Positions 48,807 to 58,773 are shown, counted from the stretch's first letter. The stretch is DNA of 64,000 bases from an uncultured delta proteobacterium (GCA_963755125.1 CAVWIP010000008.1:352001-416000); one strand, 5' to 3'. Numbers and translations: made by a program. Notes: generated from the sequence alone by a model not told the origin.

Positions 48807-50115
48807 ATGACTCGATGGATTCGACGTGGGACCGGTTGTTGTGTTCTCTCCGCCTTCTTCTTCGCCGCACTTGCTGGGTGTGGTAGTGGGGCATCTGTCC
48901 CAAAAATCAACACTGCCAAGTCATCTGCCCAGCGCATCGCCGATCCACAGGTGCCGGCGGCGGACAGCACTACCCTGGCTTCCGACAACGCCGCTTTCGC
49001 GTTTGCTGCCTACCAACAGCTCATCACCGCGAACACCAACCTGGTCTTCTCACCAGCCAGCATATCCATCGCACTTGCCATGACCTACGCTGGCGCGGCA
49101 ACCACGACAGCGACCGAGATGGCTCAGGCGCTTCACTTCACCCTGCCACCCGCGCAGTTGCACCCGGCGTTCAATGCTCTGGACCAGACTCTGGCCTCAC
49201 GTGGTCAGGGCTTCCTGGGCGGTGATGGTGGACCCATGCAGGTAGACATCGTCAACGCGCTTTGGGCTGAGAAAACCTACACATTTGAGGCCGACTTCCT
49301 CGACACTCTGGCCGAGAACTATGGCGCCGGCGTGAACCTTCTCGATTTCATCAATGCCCCCGATCCATCGCGGTTGACCATCAACTCATGGGTGGCCAGC
49401 CAGACTGACGATAAGATCCAGAATCTGTTGCCGCCCAATTCCATCGATGGCTTGACTCGTCTGGTCCTGACCGACGCGGTGTATTTCAATGCTGCATGGG
49501 AAACGTCCTTTGACCCGAACAATACCCAAGACGGCCCATTCACCCGGCTCGACGGCAGCACCGTGACTGTCAGTTTCATGAACGCAGACCTCCCCAGCCT
49601 TCCGGCCAGTCAGGGGGCGAATTTTGTAGCCGCGTCTCTACCCTACGCCGACACTCGACTCTCGCTGGTGGTGGTGGTGCCTGATGAGGGCCAGTTCAGC
49701 CAGGTCGAATCGTCGCTGAACGCGACCACGCTGGCGAGTCTGGTGGCAGGGCTGACCAGCCAGCCGGTTCTCCTTACCATTCCCCGCTTGAAGATCGAGA
49801 CCAGTACGAGTTTGGAGGCACTTCTTCAGGCCCTGGGCATGAGAATCGGCCTTCATCCCCGGCACAGCCGACTTCTCGGGCATGGATGGCCAGCACGACC
49901 TTTACATCTCGGACGTCTTCCACGACGCCTTCATCAACGTCACGGAAAAGGGTACCGAGGCCGCAGCCGCCACTGCCGTCGTGGTTGGGGCCGGGGCTGC
50001 CGCCCCGACCGGGCTAGTGGTCGACGCGACCCGTCCCTTCATCTATTTTCTGTATGACCAGCCGACGGGTGCCATTCTGTTCATGGGCCGGGTTCAAGAT
50101 CCTAGCCAGAACTGA
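48807..50115 (+). pseudogene. Serpin lipoprotein with a single frameshift near 49842
   Basis: LAGC; NLVFSP.SI..ALAM, VYFNAAW; second frame ADFSGM...EKGTEAAAAT...RPF...ILFMGRV.DP. Confidence 0.88.
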
Positions 50116-50243
50116 CCAGAGGGGCGCATCATACAGCGCCATCTCGACCGGGAGGGAGGCCAGTGTAAATGTCTTCAGGTACACTACCCCAGGTGATCGA
50201 TAGAGCATCCAGGGCTCCTGTCTCGCGTGCATCTGGAGGCACC

Positions 50244-51860
50244 ATGTCGGATCGCGTGTGTCGTGTGTCTGGGAAGTTGATCGTGCTGTCCATGTTGGTC
50301 ATCACCATGGGTGCAGGTGGGTGCACAGGCAGTGGACTTCGGATCGGAGCCACTGCAGGTACGACCAGTTCCACCGCAGGTGCAACCGGTGCCGCTGGAG
50401 GGAGCGCTGGGACCACCGTAGATCTGACCAGCACCAGCGGGGGAACCACTGCTTCCATCGGAAACACGGGTGGAGGAGGGATGACCAGCACTACCGTAGG
50501 TATCCCCGCCTATGCAGGCACAGTCAGCACCACTGGCGGAATCACAGGCATAACCGGGGGTGCGGGTGGGGGAGGCACCATGGTCACCACTGCAGGGACC
50601 ACTGGCACTACCGGAGGCATGAACCGTACCACTGGAGGTGCTGGAACAGGAGGCAGCACCAGCAAGAGCGGCAGTTCCGGTGGGGTGGGTGGTTCTGGTG
50701 GAACAGCGGGCGTCGGAGGAAAGGATGGCGGGACTGTTGTGGACGCAGCGGTAGAGCAGAGCGCATACGCTCCGGCGGTCCCCGACGCAGTGGTTGTGCT
50801 GCAAGGAGTCTTCGTGCCGACGGGCAGCATGACCGTAGCAAGGGAAGGCCACACGGCGACGTTGCTGCCCAACGGGATGGTGCTCATCGCCGGCGGGGAA
50901 GACGACTCCGGGATTCTCGCAAGCGCGGAGCTGTACGACCCAGCGGACGGGACATTCACCGCGACGGGAAGCATGACCGAGGTAAGGGCTGGCCATACGG
51001 CGACGTTGTTGCCCAACGGGAAGGTGCTCATAGCCAGCGGACTAGCGAATCTGCGCGTGCCCACGGGACCGCCGAGCGCAGAGCTATACGACCCGGCGGT
51101 CGGGACATTCACGACCGCGGGAACGGTCGACGCGGCCAGGGGTGGCCATACGGCGACGTTGCTGCCCAACGGAAAGGTGCTCTTTGCCGGCGGAACCGAG
51201 CTGAACAACGAAGCTGGCACCTGGGTTACCTTCGCGAGCACCGAGCTATACGACCCCATCTCCGAGACATTCACCGCCACGGGCAGCATGACCGCGGCAA
51301 GGAGTGGCCACACCGCGACGTTATTGCCGAGCGGAAAGGTGCTCATCGTCAGCGGATACGATGACGTCAACAGCTACGGTGTCAGCGCAAGCGCAGAGCT
51401 ATACGACCCCAGCGCTGGGACATCCACCGCGACCGGCAGCATGGCCGTAGCTGCGGTGGAGCAGGCGGCGACGCTCTTGCCGAGCGGAAAGGTGCTCATC
51501 ACCGGCGGCAACGACGGAAGCCGCAACTACTCCCCGTTTGCGAGCGCGGAGCTGTACGACCCAGCAGCCGGGACATTCACAGCAACCAGCAACATGAGCG
51601 TGGCAAGGGCGTACCACACCGCGGCGTTATTGCCGAGCGGGAAGGTGCTCATCGCCGGCGGAGCATCCGACAGCAATACAACTCTCATGAGCGCAGAGCT
51701 ATACGACCCGGCGGCCGGGACATTCACGGCAACCGGCAGCATGACCACGACAAGGAGTGGCCACACCGCGACGTTATTGCCGAGCGGGAAGGTGCTCATC
51801 GCCGGCGGATTGGATAACGACGGGAACAGCCTCGCGAGCGCTGAGCTATACGAGGAATAG
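50244..51860 (+). CDS. Kelch-repeat lipoprotein with Gly/Thr-rich linker
   Basis: AGGC lipobox; Kelch repeats; leader shared with the 43087 gene. Confidence 0.9.
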   Translation: MSDRVCRVSGKLIVLSMLVITMGAGGCTGSGLRIGATAGTTSSTAGATGAAGGSAGTTVDLTSTSGGTTASIGNTGGGGMTSTTVGIPAYAGTVSTTGGITGITGGAGGGGTMVTTAGTTGTTGGMNRTTGGAGTGGSTSKSGSSGGVGGSGGTAGVGGKDGGTVVDAAVEQSAYAPAVPDAVVVLQGVFVPTGSMTVAREGHTATLLPNGMVLIAGGEDDSGILASAELYDPADGTFTATGSMTEVRAGHTATLLPNGKVLIASGLANLRVPTGPPSAELYDPAVGTFTTAGTVDAARGGHTATLLPNGKVLFAGGTELNNEAGTWVTFASTELYDPISETFTATGSMTAARSGHTATLLPSGKVLIVSGYDDVNSYGVSASAELYDPSAGTSTATGSMAVAAVEQAATLLPSGKVLITGGNDGSRNYSPFASAELYDPAAGTFTATSNMSVARAYHTAALLPSGKVLIAGGASDSNTTLMSAELYDPAAGTFTATGSMTTTRSGHTATLLPSGKVLIAGGLDNDGNSLASAELYEE

Positions 51861-51936
51861 ACCCCGACCGCCGGTGCCACCCGACGAGTCATAGCTGCAT
51901 CAAAGAGGGAGACGGCGGGCGCTCATTGCTCGGCAC

Positions 51937-52089
51937 CCAATTAGCTTTGGAATGTGGGTCCCCTTTCCCCACCCGCACCCACGGTCGTCCGCATGCCAGG
52001 GCTCCCAAAATATCGGCGGGTGAAAAATTCTAGGGCAAAAATTCAAGCCGGCTGTCCAGCTTGAACCTGAAGGCACACACGCCTCCATC
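51937..52089 (+). repeat. Conserved non-coding motif, long copy, including a minus-strand terminator-like hairpin
   Basis: Similar to 56935-57083 over ~150 bp; TTCAAGC...GCTTGAA stem with A-run on its left. Confidence 0.85.
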
Positions 52090-52098
52090 TCCCCTTGG

Positions 52099-52710
52099 TC
52101 AGTTTCGTACTTGCTGGCGGGAAACAGGAATCTCAAGCTGTGCCCGTTCTGCCAGTTCATGGCCAAGCCGACGGCAACGAGACCAAGCTCTCTCGGTTCT
52201 GATGCCCAGCCGTCTGGCGATGCTCTTCAACCTGTGACCAGCCATGCGCATGGACAGCAGAGTTTGGTCATCTTCAGGCAAGCTGGAAATCCATGCTTCC
52301 AGGTCAATGGCTGATACGATCTTCCTCACCGGATTCGCCGCCAACGACTCTGCCATCCCAAGCATCTCGCACTCCTGTTTGTCCTGGAGAATTTGATCCA
52401 GCCGAAGCACCTCCACCTTGCCCTCGATGTAGTTGCGCAAGTCCATCACACAGCCTTTTCGAGCTTTGCCACCAGCGGGAACAATCTGACGGCTCAAATC
52501 CTCAGCACGAAGCCGGGCAGCATGAACAAGAATGGCATCATCCAGTATCTCCCCTTTCTCTGCATGCCGACGGTACTGCTCGTACACGAGGGCAAGTGCA
52601 TCCTGGGTTCTGTCATCCGCCATGTCGGCATGAAGCCGGCGAGTGATAGGCTTGAAAATGCCACTGCGGATTTTCAGATCGAATGACGAACGGATTGTCT
52701 CGATATTCAT
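52099..52710 (-). CDS. Sigma-70/ECF-like protein with region-4-like HTH
   Basis: DRTQDALA; IDLEAWISSLP...LLSMRMAG...SIARRLG; GGAGG RBS. Confidence 0.65.
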   Translation of the reverse strand: MNIETIRSSFDLKIRSGIFKPITRRLHADMADDRTQDALALVYEQYRRHAEKGEILDDAILVHAARLRAEDLSRQIVPAGGKARKGCVMDLRNYIEGKVEVLRLDQILQDKQECEMLGMAESLAANPVRKIVSAIDLEAWISSLPEDDQTLLSMRMAGHRLKSIARRLGIRTERAWSRCRRLGHELAERAQLEIPVSRQQVRN

Positions 52711-52911
52711 GGTCAGGACCTCCGTAGGCGTGCACACACGGAGGCCCTTGTGGTCCACGTGGCGCACAGTTGCGCCAGTGGGCGCGTGGTTTAGCAGTGT
52801 CAGCTAGGACAACACTGATGATTACGGCGCAGGTGCACCGTTGAGGGCTGAAGAGCTGCCCTTCACTATCCTTATACCCGAGTTGTGGGGGGCGATTTCG
52901 GGGGGGTTCTA

Positions 52912-54120
52912 GTGCCGCCGGCCAGAAATTTGCGTAGGGATGCAGATTGGGGCTTGATGTGAGGCATGAAAGACATGGCGACTAGGTCGGCTTGGCCCGG
53001 CCCAGCGTCGCCGCGAGTGATCCACCTCAAGCGGCAACTCAAGAAGAAGCTCCGTCGCCTGGTACGAGCCGGAACGACGGAGAATCGCATGGCGACGCGG
53101 GCACGGGTCGTCCTGATGCGGGACGAAGGGGTGCCCATCGAGGTAATCGCGCGGCGAATGCAGATCAACCACGGCACAGCACGCAAGTGGTGCGACCGGT
53201 TCATCGACGGCGGCATCGACGGTCTTCGCGACCGGCCCAGGTCGGGCCGACCGCGCACTCTCTCTCTGGAGAGCAGCGCATCGCCCTGATCGCGCTGGCA
53301 TGTCGGCCCCCATGGGAAGCCGGCAACGTGATCAGCCACTGGTCGGCGGCGGAACTGCGGGACGCTTTCGCGGCATCGGCTGACGGAGCCGACATTGGCA
53401 CGCGCACGGTGGCACGCGTTCTCGATGAGGCGGAGATCCAGCCGCACCGGATCAGGTACTTTCTGACCAGCCGAGACCCCGAGTTCGACCAGAAGCGGCG
53501 GGACATCGTGGGCTTGTACTTGCGGCCGCCCGAAGGCGCGACAGTGTTGTGTCTCGACGAGAAACCCAGCATCCAGGCGCTCGGCCGAAAGAACCCGGAC
53601 CTTCCGCTGTGTCCTGGGCTTCCGTTGTACCGGGAGTTCGAGTACGTGCGCCACGGCGTGGTCCACCTCTTCGCGGCGTTCAACACGCGCAGCGGGCGGG
53701 TGTTGGGGGAAGTCCAAGAGAAGAAGACGCGGTTTGAGTTCATCGAACTCCTGGACCTATGCGCCTGGCACTACAAGCGCGGCGAAGTCCACTGCGTCCT
53801 CGACAACGCCCAGTACCACAAGGCACCGGAGGTCAAGGACTGGCTCGCCGCTCACCCACGGTTCCAGTTCCACTTCACGCCCACGCATGGTTCCTGGCTC
53901 AACCAGGTCGAGCTGTGGTTTCAGCAGCTCTCTGCCAAGGTCTTGCGTCGAGGCGTGTTCAATTCCACGGATGAACTACACTCGGCGATTATGGCGTTCA
54001 TATCCCGCTGGGACGCCCATCCCCATCGGTTCAACTGGGTATACGGCGCCGAGTTCCTTGACGAGGAGATCCTTCAGCATGCGGCATGACATCCCCTCAA
54101 CAACTTATGGCCGGCGGCAC
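52912..54120 (+). mobile_element. IS630-family element
   Basis: IRs GTGCCGCCGGCCA / TGGCCGGCGGCAC flanked by TA (CTAG context on both sides). Confidence 0.93.
52966..54089 (+). CDS. IS630 transposase in two frames (shift at the CT run ~53258-53268)
   Basis: HTH with RSGRP; CLDEKP, LDNAQYH, SWLNQVELWF. Confidence 0.88.
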
Positions 54121-54252
54121 TAGTTGTCAAGCCAGCAAGGCTACATCGGGATCAGCCCTGTCACCCAAGATTCCTATGCAACCCCCAGCGTGTTGCAAAT
54201 GCAACAATAACACTGGTACCGCCCCTGCCCCGACCTCAACCCGGCCGGCAAT

Positions 54253-56631
54253 TCAGGGTGCGAAGCTCAACTGGTAGATGCAGTAGTCGAAAGCGACTGC
54301 AGGGCCGCTCACGTTGTCTTGTGAAACGAGGAAGGTCATCACCGCCAGAGTTCGCGGATCGACTGTCTGCTCGTTTGCCCCGCCCCAATAGGGATTGGGA
54401 AGGAAGCTGCTCCACGGTGCCCGGACGTGCTGCCATCCTCCGGACAGCGCGGTCAGCACGCTGCCGTCTTCGGCAAAGAGCGGTCCTGCGCCTTGAGACT
54501 GGGTGGCGGTACTGCCAGAGATACCAGCGCCGGCGCCGGCGCAGGCCGTGGGCCCGTTGCTGTTCACATTGCAGACGCCACCCTCGGGAATCTGGTTCTT
54601 GTCGATCAACCCTGCGACGAAGCTGGCGCTAACCGAGGCGGCCGTGCTGGGCGAAACCCACATCCAGAACTCGATACCGCTGTAGGCGCTGGCATCGATC
54701 AATGCCCCGGACGGATCGGTGGTACCACCGTCGGCCAACATCAGGTCGGCCGTGGCCCAGGCATATTGCCGTGCACCCGTCTGGCCCGCGATGCACATTG
54801 CTTGTGGACCAGGCGTCTCGCCGGCATCTCCGCTAGCGCCGGCATCTTCGGTGGCGCCGGCATCTACGGCAGCGATGGCCCCCGGGAATCCAGCGGGCAA
54901 AGGGCTATAGATGTTCTGGCAGAGACTTCCACAGCTCGATACTGTCGCGGCCCCTCCCAGCGGAATGGTGAGCGACCCTGGTGAGGCAGAATCATCTCCG
55001 CCGGTGCCTGCCCACCAAAAACCTTTAGTCGCACACGCAGGCGGCGTCAAGCTGATGCTCGATCCGCTCATGTCGTCGATGAGTGTTCCTGTCGCCGGAC
55101 CGCTACAGAGATTGGCAGCTGCGTCGGTTCCACCTGATGTGGGGCAGCCCGTACCAACGGCTCTTCCCGCGCCAGCATTGCCCGCCGCAGCGCCGGCATC
55201 AACTGCTGTTGGGCTGGTGGTTCCGGCCGCGAGCGTTTGAGGCCCACTTGAGATTTCTCGTTGAGCCTCGCCGTACGTCCAGGCCGTTGTAACGCCGTTA
55301 TCGGGGATCTCGACTGCCGCCATCGAGACCGGTGGCAGCACGAACGTCGTGCTTGCTGGCGTTGTGGCGAGCCCGGTCACCTGAAACGACAGCCCCGCCG
55401 GTGATCTGTTCCAGTTGATTACAATGACCTCGGTCGCGTCGTCGGCTTGATTTCGACTCGCGTGAGCGCTCACACCAGCTGGCATCGACGTCACATTCAA
55501 AAGCGTTGGCCCGAAGTGATCGGCGTACAGAGAATAGGCATAATAGGGAGGCCGCGGCGTGTGAGTGGGCGGCATTCCAATAAGACCCAAAGCCCAGTCG
55601 TCCGTGTCGGCAATGTCCCAGACAGCCGTTGTCCAGAGCCCAAGTTCCATGGCCGTGCCCACACTATCGGCCAACCAAAGCGCGGAGCCGACCGTGCCCG
55701 GCGACGCTTCGAGCACGCAGGTGGTCGCATCGTAAACGATGTTCATCTCCATGAGCGCCAGCGGCTTGCTGCCTTGCCCCGTAGCATGCAGGATGCCGAA
55801 GACCGAGTTAATGACACTTCTAAACAGCGCCGGATCTGCGGCGGCTGCCGAGAGCGTCGCGGCTGCGGCCTCAAATGGGTAGCGGTGAATCGAGATGACA
55901 TCGAACAGGTCACCGCAATCGGTGAGGACCGGCGTCAGCCAGTCATTTTGACTATTGCCAGCCTGGTACTTCCAGCTTAGATCTGGACCGATGATCTGGA
56001 TGGTCGGGTCAACTGCCTTCATTGCCATGACGAAGGCGCGGACTGACGTGCAGTAGTCGGACGGTGTGTAGCCGGGGATTGCGGGCTGGGACATATTCGT
56101 CGGCCACCCCTGCGTGTCGTACAGGTCCGGCTCGTTACCAACCGAAAAGTACTTGATGCCGTAGCCGTTGGTGACGTTCGCGTACGTGACCATGGCAGCG
56201 GCCGTGTCAGGGGTTGGCGTCTGTCCCGCGTTGTCCGCTAGAAGCGGTACCTGAATCACCGGTTCGGCGCCAATGGCGCGCGCGTAAGCCACGGCCTTGT
56301 CCAACTGAGCGTTGTCGAACGGTTCCGGCGTGTTGGCGTCGTTGTTGTAGCCGCCCACGCGCATGAAGGCAGGCTTGAGCGCCGCGACCAGCGAGTCCGT
56401 GCCCGTGATCCCATCGCCCAACGTTGCCACCCATTGCCAATAATTGACTGACACACTGGTGGTGCGCGGCGTGCGCGTGGCGGTCGAAATCACGAGCGGA
56501 CTGACGCTCACGCTGCCCGAGTCCGGACCACCGCCGCCGCCCCCCGGCGATTTCGCGCAACTGGCACCGGCAAGCGAGCAAGCCCCGAGTGTGTAGGCAA
56601 CAGCGATCCATCTGCGACTGTTTGCAAACAT
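54253..56631 (-). CDS. Clan GH-A glycoside hydrolase (GH44/51-like) lipoprotein with probable C-terminal carbohydrate-binding domain
   Basis: GASC lipobox; VGNEPDLY, MKAVDPTI.IIGP, SIHRYP, LMEMN; DASAYSGIEFW. Confidence 0.78.
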   Translation of the reverse strand: MFANSRRWIAVAYTLGACSLAGASCAKSPGGGGGGPDSGSVSVSPLVISTATRTPRTTSVSVNYWQWVATLGDGITGTDSLVAALKPAFMRVGGYNNDANTPEPFDNAQLDKAVAYARAIGAEPVIQVPLLADNAGQTPTPDTAAAMVTYANVTNGYGIKYFSVGNEPDLYDTQGWPTNMSQPAIPGYTPSDYCTSVRAFVMAMKAVDPTIQIIGPDLSWKYQAGNSQNDWLTPVLTDCGDLFDVISIHRYPFEAAAATLSAAAADPALFRSVINSVFGILHATGQGSKPLALMEMNIVYDATTCVLEASPGTVGSALWLADSVGTAMELGLWTTAVWDIADTDDWALGLIGMPPTHTPRPPYYAYSLYADHFGPTLLNVTSMPAGVSAHASRNQADDATEVIVINWNRSPAGLSFQVTGLATTPASTTFVLPPVSMAAVEIPDNGVTTAWTYGEAQREISSGPQTLAAGTTSPTAVDAGAAAGNAGAGRAVGTGCPTSGGTDAAANLCSGPATGTLIDDMSGSSISLTPPACATKGFWWAGTGGDDSASPGSLTIPLGGAATVSSCGSLCQNIYSPLPAGFPGAIAAVDAGATEDAGASGDAGETPGPQAMCIAGQTGARQYAWATADLMLADGGTTDPSGALIDASAYSGIEFWMWVSPSTAASVSASFVAGLIDKNQIPEGGVCNVNSNGPTACAGAGAGISGSTATQSQGAGPLFAEDGSVLTALSGGWQHVRAPWSSFLPNPYWGGANEQTVDPRTLAVMTFLVSQDNVSGPAVAFDYCIYQLSFAP

Positions 56632-56934
56632 CCCTGACCTCCGCCTTCACAGCATAGTGCGGGGTCTCTAGACCAAGATCAAGCAAAACAGGTCGAGATG
56701 GTGCCTAATCCCTTCAAACGGGCTTCTTCTGCGTCGGAGAACCCTGCCTTTCCGGGCGGCGACGGCCACCGACCTGTCCGAACGGGTCCGCAAGCCAGAT
56801 CTGGCCGCCAGCAGAGCATCGTGAAGGGTACGTCCCGAGCATACCGGACGCACTCTACCCCATCTCCGCCCCGCCCGCGTCAATCGTCGTGCCTCACGCA
56901 GCGCCAGTCCTGGCGGACTTGCTCTCCGCTCGAT

Positions 56935-57083
56935 CCAGTAAGCTATGGGAAGCGGGTCCCCTTTGACCTGCACACCCACGGTGGCGTGCGTACCGGGGTA
57001 TCTCGGCACCTGAAAAATTTTTGGGCAAAAAATTCAAGCCAGGTTTTGCCCAGCTTGAACCCGGAGGCAGGCTCGCCTCCATC
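56935..57083 (+). repeat. Conserved non-coding motif, long copy, including a minus-strand terminator-like hairpin
   Basis: CCAGTAAGCTATGGGAAGCGGGTCCCCTTT...TGAAAAATTTTTGGGCAAAAATTCAAGCC...GCTTGAAC. Confidence 0.85.
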
Positions 57084-57089
57084 ATTAGA

Positions 57090-57878
57090 TCAGGTACTCG
57101 CGCACCGCCTCTGGAATGAACACCCACCACACATGCTCGTCCGCACGGGATAGAACACCCCGGCATCGATGGCTCGTAACACCCCCACCACGGTTTCCAG
57201 AAACTCCCGTTCGTCCCTGTCTGTTCTGTCTGTATTCTCCACGATCATCTTTGGCTTCTTGGTCTTGGTCAGCACTCGCAGCCGCAACCCGACCTCGCCC
57301 AGACCCAGTTTCCTTGCGACCAACTTGTAGGCGCTGAGCTGGCCGTCGTTCTTGATCTGATCCTTGCTCCACTTCTTGGCTGCGGTCTTGTGCTCCTCTA
57401 CCACGTGCTTCTCCTCTTCCCGCACCACTAGGTCCAGAGCACCGACGAGGGCTTCTTCGAGGATCTCCCCTGTCGTCGGGTCGGGAAGCTCGATGGTGAA
57501 TGGCACCTCGACGCCCACGACGTGGGGCGGGTCCTGGTAGACGGTCTCGTAGAAGACCTTCAGCAGCGCCTCGCCCTGTGCCTCGATGCCCTCGCCATCC
57601 TTGATGGGCAACTTGTTCTTGCGAAAGCCCACCAGGGTCCCGTAAAACGCGGCCTTGCAGACGTCCTGCTCGGGGCTGTCTCCGGTTGCCATGACCGAGC
57701 GGTAGTACGCCGCCAGACCCTCATGGACGGCACTGCCCAGCACCAGGCTCGCAGGGATGAATTCGGGCTCTGCGCCCAAGACGTACCTGAACCGGTACTG
57801 CCTTGGGCAGCGCAGGTAGCACTTGATCTGCGAGACCGAGACGTGCAAGCCCTCGCGCATTTCCGTGAGCGAGCTCAT
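57090..57878 (-). CDS. PD-(D/E)XK (RecB/AddB-like) nuclease with probable Fe-S cysteines
   Basis: SVSQI.CY.RCP, GSAVH, GALDLV, EHKT, Q.SAY, CGGCSF.RRC. Confidence 0.88.
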   Translation of the reverse strand: MSSLTEMREGLHVSVSQIKCYLRCPRQYRFRYVLGAEPEFIPASLVLGSAVHEGLAAYYRSVMATGDSPEQDVCKAAFYGTLVGFRKNKLPIKDGEGIEAQGEALLKVFYETVYQDPPHVVGVEVPFTIELPDPTTGEILEEALVGALDLVVREEEKHVVEEHKTAAKKWSKDQIKNDGQLSAYKLVARKLGLGEVGLRLRVLTKTKKPKMIVENTDRTDRDEREFLETVVGVLRAIDAGVFYPVRTSMCGGCSFQRRCAST

Positions 57879-57880
57879 GG

Positions 57881-58567
57881 CTACCCCGCCGATGCGTGAT
57901 GGCTGCCGTTGCCGTTGCTGGGCTTGTTGCCGTCCAGGTCGCTGATGACCTCGCTGGCCTGGCGCTTGGTCAGGTACTCGACCTCGACGCCGTAGGTCTG
58001 CTTGATCTGACGCCGAAGGTTGGTCGGGTCCAGGTTCTGTTTTCGGGCGATGGTCTTGATGGCGTTGAGCTGCGCGTTGGTCAAGCGCTCCCGTGGCGGC
58101 AGCGGACTCGGGGGCTGCGAGTGAGGACCATCCTGGTGGTGATTCCGGTTGGCGGGAGGTGGGCTGGAGATGATGCCGGCATCGTCGTCTTGCTCCGTGG
58201 CGTATAGCTCGCCACCAATTCCCAGCAGCCGGCATGCACGCTTCAGGCCATCAGCCTCGGCCTTCTTCATGTCATCGGCCAGCGAGATGATGCTGCTGTC
58301 ATCCTTGCGCCTGGTGATGGCGGTGCCACCGAGACCAGTCTTGATCAAGCCAGCAGCAGTCAGCTTGACCTCGACAATGATTTGCTCCTCGATGACTTCG
58401 CGGCTGGTGAGCTCGAATGACCAGTCATGATCGAATGCCTCGTTGAGCCTGTCGACGTAGTTCTGGACCTCGACATAGTCGAACTGCTTCCCCTCGGGAC
58501 CGCGACGGTGCTTGATGAGCTCTTGCCCGAATGGGCGCTTCAGAATCTGGACGATTTCCTTGTTCAT
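57881..58567 (-). CDS. Rad52/22-family single-strand annealing protein
   Basis: L.RPF....IK.R.G.....YVE....DRLN..F...W; KKAEADGLKRA..LLGIG.ELY. Confidence 0.88.
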   Translation of the reverse strand: MNKEIVQILKRPFGQELIKHRRGPEGKQFDYVEVQNYVDRLNEAFDHDWSFELTSREVIEEQIIVEVKLTAAGLIKTGLGGTAITRRKDDSSIISLADDMKKAEADGLKRACRLLGIGGELYATEQDDDAGIISSPPPANRNHHQDGPHSQPPSPLPPRERLTNAQLNAIKTIARKQNLDPTNLRRQIKQTYGVEVEYLTKRQASEVISDLDGNKPSNGNGSHHASAG

Positions 58568-58594
58568 GTTCCGCTCCTTGGTTAGGTGTTCTTG

Positions 58595-58636
58595 AAAACG
58601 ACAAAGCCCCTCCCGGCGGAGAAACCGGAAGGGGCT
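58595..58636 (-). terminator. Intrinsic terminator-like hairpin
   Basis: AGCCCCT.CCGG stem followed by TTTGTCGTTTT on the minus strand. Confidence 0.65.
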
Positions 58637-58657
58637 CGCCTACTTGATTACCGACGG

Positions 58658-58753
58658 CTAGCGTGTGAAGGCGCGGAGAAGAATCTTGCCCGCGACGAAG
58701 ATGACCTCTCCGATCACAGCCACCCACCGAATCACTCTTTTCTTGTCTGCCAT
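58658..58753 (-). CDS. 31-aa hydrophobic peptide
   Basis: MADKKRVIRWVAVIGEVIFVAGKILLRAFTR; AGGAGGGAGG RBS; below the ORF-track cutoff. Confidence 0.55.
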   Translation of the reverse strand: MADKKRVIRWVAVIGEVIFVAGKILLRAFTR

Positions 58754-58773
58754 GTTCCGCCTCCCTCCTTTCT

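Noticed and set aside
49835..49850. Programmed frameshifting in the serpin (likewise xis and IS3 copy 1)
   Set aside because: No slippery motif; decay or sequencing indels are simpler and cannot be told apart without reads.
57090..57878. Cas4 / CRISPR system
   Set aside because: No repeat-spacer array or other cas gene was seen, and the Rad52 context favours a recombination nuclease.
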